Assembly: GCA_016748015.1 (NCBI GenBank)
Contig: JAAOMT010000602.1
Coordinates: 1,377,696-1,441,695 of the forward strand
Length of the DNA stretch: 64,000 nt
Reading direction: 5' to 3'
DNA from: Geosiphon pyriformis uo1
Lineage: Eukaryota; Fungi; Glomeromycota
The notes under the pieces are model-generated. The model made no database searches and was not told where the DNA came from. It saw only the letters and a program-made list of their open reading frames with translations. Of the stretch, positions 54,910-64,000 are shown piece after piece. The position numbers and the translations under genes were made by a program. Each line of letters starts with the position of its first letter. Position 1 is the stretch's first letter.

Positions 54910-56589
54910 CAAATAATAAAAACAACTTTTTAAGCTCTTTTTAAAATTAACAAGTTGTAAAATAATCTTAAAAATTGTGATTAGTTATTATAATTGGCAC
55001 TTTTGTTTCAATTTTTTTTAACATATTTTGTTTTTTAATTTTGAAAATTTATAATTTATATTAACAAATTAACTTTTAGTAAATATAAATTGGTTAAAAA
55101 TATTTTTGTCATAATATAATTGAAAACATAGAACTTAAAAAGCACAAAAAATAATAATAAAAATTTATAACAAATACCAAAAAACAAAAAATATACATTA
55201 TTAATTAAAATATATTTAAAAAAACTTTTAAAACAATAAATAAAATTAATTAAATTTGTTTTTAATACAGTAGTAAATAAAACTAAAAATGTTAAATTAA
55301 AAAAGAAATTGATTAAAACTTTTTAATAAAAACAACTTCTTTTTAATAATAATTTCACTATATAAGATAAAAAAAGCTTTATAGAACATGTTTTTATAAA
55401 ATTGTTTAGATTTAATTCTTGTTAACCACACAAAATAAAGTTATTAAATATAATATATAATAACAACAAAATACATTAATATATTAATTTTAGTAAATTT
55501 TTTTTGGAATTATTTTTTGTTACTTTTTTTAATATTTATATTAATACAAATTTATTTTTAGTTTAAATATTAATAAATAGTTATTGTAATTATATAAATA
55601 AAAAAACAAATTTGTTTAATTTGTATAAATAAGTTTATTTATGTGGTTTTTATTAATTTTAGTATTTATTTATATTTTTTATATGTATTTTTTTACTAAA
55701 AACTAAGTAAAATTAGTTAATATAATATAAAATATATTATTTTTATCTCTATTTATATAAACAAATTAATATAATAATTTCTAAATACAAAAAAAGTTAA
55801 AAAAACTTAATAGAACAATAATATAAATACAATAAAAAATTAAATATCTGCAAAATAAAATTCACAAAAAAACAATTTCTTTTTTTATTTATAAATTTAA
55901 TAATATTATTATTTTACTATTTAAAATATCTAATATAATAAATTAAAAATCATAAAAATTACATAAAATTCAGTTTGAAAAATTCTTGATTAAATATATT
56001 ATCAATTTTAAAAAAATTAAAAATTTATATTATACTTTAAAATAAAACTTATATATAATTAATATAAAAAAATTTAAAACATTAAAAAATTTACAATATA
56101 TATTATAAAATTATAATAAATAAAAATGAAAATAATACTCAAAAAATTTTATTTTAAGTATTATTTAATAAAATTTTAATTTTATAAAGATTATATAAAA
56201 AATAATAATATGTATTGTTTTTTATTAATATATAATACAAATATTTTAAAAATATTTAATACTTTAAAATATAAAAATTCTATAAATAAAAACATAATAA
56301 TAATAATAAATACATTATTAAATAATTTTTAATAAAATTTAAAAACTAATATATTTTTATAAAAAATGTTTTAAAATTTTATTATATAATTAAATTTTTT
56401 TGTAAATAATTTAAATAGGAATTAATAATAAACAAAATAAATTTTTAGTATTTAAAAAAACATTTTTAATTGGCTAAATTTTATATATAATTATATATAT
56501 TTAATAAAAATATATTAATATATTATTTTTTTAGTAAAATTTTATTCTAAATTATTCTTAAACTAATTAAGTTTTAATATTAATTTATA

Positions 56590-58520
56590 TAATTAAACTT
56601 CTATAAAACACTATTTAGAATTTAACAATATTATTTATATTTTTTAATAGCAAAAACAATAGGTTTATCTAAAAAAATTTGTTTATAAGTACCTATATAT
56701 TAAGTAAATTAATATATTTAATAACAAATATTAACAAAACTAATAAATTTTAATACTAATAAAATAATTGTTTTAAGATTTTTAAACAAATAATTACAAT
56801 AAAAATGTGTATATTATTTTGTTTTATTTCAAAATATGTTAATAAAATTAAGTTTACAATAAAACTTTAAATAAAAATACACATATATTTAATTATTTTA
56901 ATAATTTTTTGTAAATAGTTTTTTTGAAAAGTAAAATTAAGTTAATAGCCAAGAATTTTATTTGCATAACATTAAAAATTTATTAAATTAAAAGCATAAA
57001 ATTTGCAAATACTATATTATTTTGTCAAACTTTTTAATTACAAGTTATATACTTTTTAAATTTATTTAATATCTTTATTTTATTATAATATTAATATTAA
57101 TAAATATTAAATTATATAAAAATTCATTGGATATTTTGTTATTGTAAAGTAATAATTACTTATTACTGTTTTTTAAAATTATTTGTAAACTATAAAAATA
57201 TTTTTAACATAAATTTTGTAATTATAACTGTTATTAAATATATAGAATACAATTTTTCCTAAGTGTATTTTTTCAAAAACCAAATAGTTTTGTTAACTAT
57301 TTGGTTTATAAAATTTTGCTTAGTTTATTAATTATTTTAATTAAAGTTTAAATATATAATAATCCAAATTTTAACATACAAAATTCAATTATTTTTAAAA
57401 AGCAAATTATTAACATAAATATTAAGCATCTGTAATTTGTATTAAGTCTGATTTTTTTCTGTTAAACTTTAAATATTAATAATTCTATTGTTTAAAAACA
57501 TTTAATAAAAGTATTGACACAATAATTTGGTCTATATTCTGTTTTTTATATATTATAATCTGAAATTATAAACTGGTTATTTATTATAAATTCATTTTAA
57601 TAAACCACATTTTTATGTTTATAATCATTAAAGTAAATGTTCTTTAAATAATTTTTATAATTTAACTAAAATAATATAGCCATTTCTGAGCTGTTTTTTT
57701 AGCAATCGTTTTTTATGTTTCAATTTCAAGAAAAGAAATAACTTTGTTCTTAATAAACTTAATAAATTGTTAAATAGTTATGATAAATTTGTTTATATGC
57801 AAATATTAGGTAACACACAGCTTGAAATCTTTATTAAGTAAAAGTAACTTAATTTTGGAATGTTAACCACTACATAATGTAATTATTTTGAACATTGTTT
57901 GGTCTATAAACAAATAATTTGTTCATGCTATGAACTCTAATTAACACCACAAACAAGAATGTTACTAGCAGAAAGCTTAGAAAACCCTTGATCTTGAATG
58001 AGATAAACGAATTAACTCATTATTTGAAGCCACACATTGGAGTTTTTCTTTTGAAAGATGCCAAAGTGAACAAATTATTCTCTTTATTACTTGATTCAAT
58101 GGTCTCAAATGGGAGTTCATAATTACTGAAAGCATTATTGATAAGAAACCAGTTTGTAATTTTGCTGGAACCCAAAGCTGCTTTTCTCCAGGCCGCTCTT
58201 TTATTACAAAGTGTTGATTCAGCAAAACCCATATAAATTGACTTTCATTCTTTTACCACCTACACATCAGATTGTCTGGCGTTCTTTATGAGTTTTTCCA
58301 ATGCATCTGCTTGTACTCTTCCCAATTCTTCTATAAATTGGTCGTTACTCAAAGGCTCGTTTTTATTTTCCATCCAAGTAGTATCAAAGCTTAGTTGGTT
58401 GTCCTTTTGGTTATTATTTGGTTGATTCCCCGGTACTCGATAACTTAGGGTTTGATTTCGTATTGTTCCAACACTTTTTTGCAGTTGCTGAGCAGTGTTT
58501 ACTTTGCTTCTTTCGTTTCG
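56590..58520 (-). mobile_element. Tc1/IS630-superfamily DDE transposase pseudogene with a mutation gradient
   Basis: The 5' part reads almost cleanly (YMGFAESTLCNKRAAWRKAALGSSKITNWF). Downstream: KTIAKKTAQKWL; NIYFNDYKHKNV at 57641-57606 (from NIYFDGHEREDV); FNNS at 57238-57227 (from FDNS); YLKFYCKLNFINIF* at ~56873-56829 (from YPKFHCELNFIE/DxxW); KKYK*YC (from KKYKxHR). Confidence 0.85.
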
Positions 58521-58655
58521 GTATAATAAAAAATGTGCAATCTAAAAGGATCTTAAATAAAAAAAATGTACTTTCAATGGAAACAACGGGTTTTTAATTA
58601 TAAAAAAAACACTTTAAACCAACAAACATTTCATTTTTGCTTTTTTTTGAAAAAA

Positions 58656-58805
58656 ACGCGTTCTGAAATTCTAGAGTATATTGTGGAGAGAACAGGGTTA
58701 TTAGGCAACAGCCTTCCAGACACGCTCTTTTATAGAAAAGGGAAAGCCTGAGAGTCTCTTAAATAACTTTAAAAGTCACTCTTAAGATATGAACGCGTAA
58801 CGCGT
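58656..58805. promoter_or_regulatory. Cluster of three ACGCGT (MCB-like) boxes upstream of the DDE transposase
   Basis: ACGCGT at 58656, 58793 and 58800; the last two form the near-palindrome AACGCGTAACGCGTT. Function unproven. Confidence 0.3.
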
Positions 58806-58999
58806 TTCATTTGCAGATGATTTATTATATAGTAATCATGTGGTTTATTATTTTATTAATAAACCACTTTCCCAATATACTACGTAATACATGCATCGAG
58901 AATTTCAGCGGTGGTGCAATATTTGATATTACAAACCATCCGGAGATATGTAATAAAAGTTTTCACCTATAACTTTATTGTTGAAAAACAAATATCTAC

Positions 59000-59630
59000 T
59001 AATGGGTCGAGTCAATAATTAAAGAATTGTCTCTAAAGCAATTAAATCCCATTCAATAAAGACTGTCTCCTTCAAGTTAGCTTCTGTTCGTGGCTTTTGG
59101 TTCTGGTGAACCCAATTTTTTAACTTCCTTCTACAAAGATCTGGCGATTGTGGAGACCATTCCAAAGTCAAAAACTCTAGGTTTATCTTGGAGTTCTTTC
59201 ACACGCTTGCACTTATGAATTGGAGTGTTCCTGGAATATTGCCTCTTTGATAGTCATAATCATTGGTTTCCATATACTTCACCAGTCATACGTGAGGAAT
59301 ACATCTATACTATGATGGTTTTACATCCACTTTTAACGGTTGCTCATGTATGACCAGGGTTATGAAAGCTCACTTTTATGACGCCATACACGAAAATCTC
59401 CACAAGGATCGGTGCTTATGGGGGACTCGTCTGTCCAAAGAACGCGTCGCCAATCCTCCTTGATCCAAAGCTTGTAGGGTTTTGCCAATTTAGCGGTTTG
59501 ATTCGGTCACTTCATTGATCATTGGTTTCTTACATGTTTTTTTTCGGAGTTTTCATAAAAGTTGTAATGGACGTAGGAGTTTGGATTTTAGATGAGATTT
59601 CGCTAGTAAGCAGATGTTTTGACATCTTAT
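59000..59630 (-). mobile_element. Tc1-type transposase relic, decayed by indels and not hypermutated
   Basis: WIKEDWRRVLWTDESP (~59467-59420), RVWR, TVKSG, NTPIHK, LEWSPQSPDL (59165-59136); NPIE deleted; CpGs retained. Confidence 0.8.
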
Positions 59631-60144
59631 TTTTTAATTCCCAGAAAATTTGAGTTCAGAATGTTATAAATATTAGATTTTCGACCACTATTAATTCTTT
59701 TGAATTAATCAGTATTTTTTGTTAATTCTAATCGTGTTAACAACTTTTAACACAAGTAGTGGACCGTCCAATAATACGTGCAATTTTTACCCTTTATCTT
59801 GAGAATCTTTACATTCATTTTTGCTAAGATCTTTTTGGCGACCCATTTGTGTATACATTTCGAATTTTCAAGTCGCTCTTTAGTTAAATAATAAATTAAA
59901 CAAAGACGATGTCTTTTTGTTATTAAAAATAATGCAGATGCAATTTTAAGGTTGTTAGTATTACTGCAATCTTTTGAAATTCATTACTGTCTTGAGAAAA
60001 TCGTCCTAATTTTGTGTCACCCGTCTGTACTTGTTCTTACAATAATCTTTTTATAGTTATTGCGGATTTCACCGGATATAATCAATAAAAAGCAGGTTTA
60101 AATAGTTATCGCAGTTTTCACCTCATAGCCAATCAACGTAGATT

Positions 60145-60925
60145 TCACCCTGTCATATTATACTTTTCACGACTGAAATTGGGATCTTGGATAAAAGCAG
60201 AAAGCACCTTACTCCCAGTTTGCAAAAGAGGATGACCTGCGACACTATAAATCAAATCAAACAAAAGTGAAAATAGTCCAACATAAAATAAACCTTACTA
60301 AAAACTTAGAGATCAGGCCCATGCTACTCACATTTGCAAAAACCTTTCAAGTCCTTCACGGCGGGCTTCAATCACCTCATCAGTAAAGCGATTAGTGAAG
60401 ACTTTTCCAGGTAAAGGGGGAATGTTCACTCTCGAGGATTCCCTTTCAAGAACATCTCGAAACCACTCAAAATCACTATATCGCCTTCTGACTTTAGAAT
60501 GTGTAAGTTTGAATGCAGGGATATTGGTCTGAAGAGAAAGCAAAACAAAAATGATTGAATCGATTTGAAAAACGAATTTTTTGATAATTCAGACTTCATG
60601 ATAGAACAAATCTTCGCTGACTTTTCATAAGAGTTAAATTCACAGAACCCAACACTATGATCTCTACTCACTGTACAAACGATTTCATAATCTGTAAACA
60701 TCTTGCGTCCAAAACCTTTACGTTACAAGGTATTGGAATTTATTAGCGTTCCGGAAGCACCGTCAATGAGCCGTTCAAAAGTGAAAAAATACCATGCGTC
60801 TGCGGATTTCGAATTTCAATTTCAAGTGAGTTTTCTGGTATTCCATACATTTCGTCAGGGGTTTGTTCTTTCATTGTTAGCCGAGAAGTTGCGTCAAAAT
60901 TTTTCTGGGTAGGAGAAGAAGCCAT
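60145..60925 (-). CDS. SNX3: Sorting nexin-3 (PX domain; Snx3/Grd19) (exons 60925-60793, 60715-60672, 60528-60332, 60244-60145; 157 aa)
   Basis: Spliced product ...[122 protein letters not shown]; 474 nt in frame. Confidence 0.96.
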
Positions 60926-61249
60926 TTTAGAAGTTAGAAAAGGGAATGTAAGGTGAGCTGCACATTCAAAAAGAAAGATTTGGAATATCTATTTTTTCGG
61001 GAGGTTAAACGTTTACGAAATTCAAGGAGTTCTAGAAACATGACAAACGTTACCAAATCGATAAGGATTTAGCTTTGATTCGCTGAAAGGGAAAACGTCG
61101 ACACATCGTTGCATGATCTTTTGATATCCAAATTAATTGGTCACAGATGCTGCGACAACATTAGATCACATGAGCTCAAAATGGCTGGTGTGGCTGAGAA
61201 ATTAACTAATATAACTGATAATGCTTTTGTTTTAAAGCACATGTTTGAA

Positions 61250-64000
61250 TCCATAATAAACATAACATAAACTTTTACTATAAGAGTACATTTATATAAA
61301 AATATAAATATGAAACTAATTTACATTAAATCTATATAAAACCTAAAAATTACAAATATTTTTTAAAAAAAAAACAAAATAAAAATATTATATTTTATGT
61401 TTTTAAAATAAAATTCTTTACAATATTTAAATAAAAAAATTACTTATAAAAAATTAAACAAAAATAAATCAGATAAGTATAATTAATTTTAATATATTAA
61501 AATAGATTTTTTAACAAAAAACATATAATATTTTAATATCAAATATTTTTTATTAATATGTATTTTTTTAAAATAATTAATATTTATTATTTTTTTATTT
61601 ATTGCTTTTAATTATATTATTAAAAATATATTTTGTTTAGATCTAATAAAAGCTTAAAAATTTGACAATTTTTTATATATAAGCAATTATATATTATTTT
61701 TATTAAATATAATTAATTGTTTTCTTGTAAAAAATATTTAAAAAATATTTATATTTTATTTTTGGTTTTTATTTAAAATTTTTTAATTTTGATAATATTA
61801 ATATTATTTATATGTTGATTTAAAAGTTTTTTACAATTTTTGATTATAGTTATTATATATAGAATAATAAAATATTACAATATATTTTAAAAATATATAC
61901 ATAAAAACTATTTACATATAATATATATTCTTTAAAAAAAATTTGTTTATAAAATATGAATTTATATATTATATTTTAATAAAAATTTAAACTGTGTTTT
62001 TATTTTACAAATAATTTATTACAAAATTTTAAATTTTTTTATTTTTAATATTTATTAATTAATTATTACAGTTTTATTATTGTAAAAAGTAAAATTAATA
62101 ATTAAATTCAAAAAATTCACTTATTTAATAATAATTAATTTAAATAAATTATTATGTATTATATTAAAATTTTATATTATTATATAATTAAATAATTTTT
62201 TTTGTTATTTTGTTTTTTTGGTCTTTATATTTTGTTTTTTGTATTTTTATTTTTTATTACTATAGTTTTATTTATTATTTAATCATTTTATTAATTTTAT
62301 TTTTTTTAACTTTAATATTTTATAATAAAATTTAAATTATTAATTAATATAAAATTATTTTTATAATTTTTATTATTAATTAACTACTTTATTTTTAAAA
62401 TTAGTTATTAATATAATTATTAATATGATTATTAATTTAATTATTAATCTTTTTTTAAGAATATATAAATAAGATTTTTTAAAGTCATAAAAAAAGTATT
62501 TATATTCAAATTATACTTAAATTAATACAATAATATTAATCTTTTTATTTTTCTTTTATTATTTTTTTTTAATTTGTATAATTGTTAATTTTTTTAAAGT
62601 ATATTAAATAAAATTTTACAATTAATACTTTATATTAAATTTTAAGAATACTAATATAAAGCATAAAATTATATTAATATATTATCTTTTTTACTTTCAG
62701 ATTTTTTTGTTATTTTTTAAAAAAAATAGCAACTAAGATATTTATAAAACTGATTTTATATATTAAATTCTTATTAATTCAATTTATTTATTAAAATTAA
62801 ATTATTTTTTTAATTATTTTATTATTATATAATTGTTTTTTCTTGTTATCTATTAACTTGTTAATTTAATTATAACATAAAAATAATGTTTTTTATAAGA
62901 TTGTTAAAATTTTTAAATCATTTTTTATTATATGAATGATTATTTTTTTATAGTATAAAAAATTCAAAATTATTTTATAATATATAATTAAAACAATTTA
63001 GCTTATATTAAACTTAATTTTCTTTTATCTTGTTTTATTTGTTTCTTAGTTAAAAAATAATTTAACTAAAAATTTCAATTGATTTTTAATTGAATATTCA
63101 GCCAAAACTTAATTTATATATATTTTTTACTTTTTTAATCAAGCATATTTTAAAGAAAAATTTAAAACAAAAAACAATTATATTAACTAATTAATATTTT
63201 CAGTTATTTTTAGTCAATTTTTTTTAAATTTAATAATTTAAATTAGCAAATCTATAATTAAATATTTATTTATTTAATATTCTTAGAAACTAAAAAAAAA
63301 ACTTATTAAACAGTATTTTTGAATTTTTTTCAAATAATTTAGACTTTTTATTCTAAATACTAACTTTTATTATAACATAAATTAAAGTACATGATAAAAC
63401 AAACATATTACTAGTATTTTAAAACATCTAAATTATTGAAATATAAGTTTTTTATCTTTATTTTAAAAAAAAATTTAAAATTTTATAGAATGATTTAAGA
63501 CCTTTAAAAAAGTTACTATAACAAATCAATCTAACAATAATTACAAGTTTTAAATAATTAAAAAATTTTTTCAAGAATTTTTTACTGCATAATTTACTTA
63601 AAAAACTGTTAAAAAAGCTGTTCAATAAATTATTTAATAGTTTTTTAAGAATATTAGCCAAAATACAATCTTTTTTACTATATAATTTGAAAAAATTTTC
63701 ATATTATACTTAAATAAAAAATAAAATTAAAAAAAAGAATACAAAACTCAAAAAAAGTGGTCATAGAATATGTTAAAGCAATTTAGAAATTAATAAAGCA
63801 TATAAATTTAGAAAAAAACTAAATAGAAAAATAAAAAATTTAAAAACAGATCTTTTTTATGCTTTATGATTTCTTTTTACTATTAAAAATAATTTTATTT
63901 TTAACTCAATAATAGAAATAGTTTAAAAAATAGAAAATCATGTTTTTTTTAAATAATTGCTTTTGTTTTTATTTTTTTTGTTAATTGACCAAAACAATAT
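61250..64000. other. Hypermutated AT-rich block (runs off the window)
   Basis: Abrupt loss of G/C and CpG ~300 bp upstream of the SNX3 start. Contains LTR copy 3 and a minus-strand coding relic (63458-63661). Confidence 0.8.
62258..62877 (+). mobile_element. LTR copy 3 (most heavily mutated)
   Basis: GAGTGCCGATGTGAG (1450-1464) -> GAATACTAATATAAA (62646-62660). Ends TTTAATTATAACA versus TCTGACCGTAATA in copy 1. 5' boundary approximate. Confidence 0.75.

Noticed and set aside
56030-58680. Terminal inverted repeats for the DDE element (TATACTCTAGAAT on the minus strand at ~58680 vs TATACTTTAAAAT at 56031)
   Set aside because: A ~13-bp transition-tolerant match is not significant in such AT-rich DNA.

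Overview
Eukaryotic, intron-containing, AT-rich fungal DNA. The gene set (Sel1-repeat protein, BTB/TLDc pseudogene) points to Glomeromycotina. The decayed repeats resemble proteins I recall from Geosiphon pyriformis; this is recollection, not a search. Intact host genes: a 5'-partial Sel1-repeat protein, a DUF2985-like membrane protein, an RGS protein, a CK1-family kinase with a ~700-aa disordered tail, a small BTB-like protein, a possible small single-TM protein, and sorting nexin SNX3. About 36.3-51.3, 54.7-57.9 and 61.2-64 kb are extremely AT-rich blocks that look empty in the ORF track. They can be read as nested transposons (Ty3/Gypsy gag-protease, LINE-like ORF1 copies, a Tc1/IS630-like DDE transposase, LTRs) erased by dense C->T / G->A transitions on both strands. 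The window holds its own controls: three copies of one LTR in different mutational states, one transposase ORF that goes from nearly intact to saturated along its length, and neighbouring relics that decayed only by indels. This suggests a RIP-like, repeat- or domain-targeted cytosine hypermutation system outside Dikarya, not limited to CpA or CpG. A possible Fanzor/TnpB C-terminal relic lies at ~16.5-16.9 kb.
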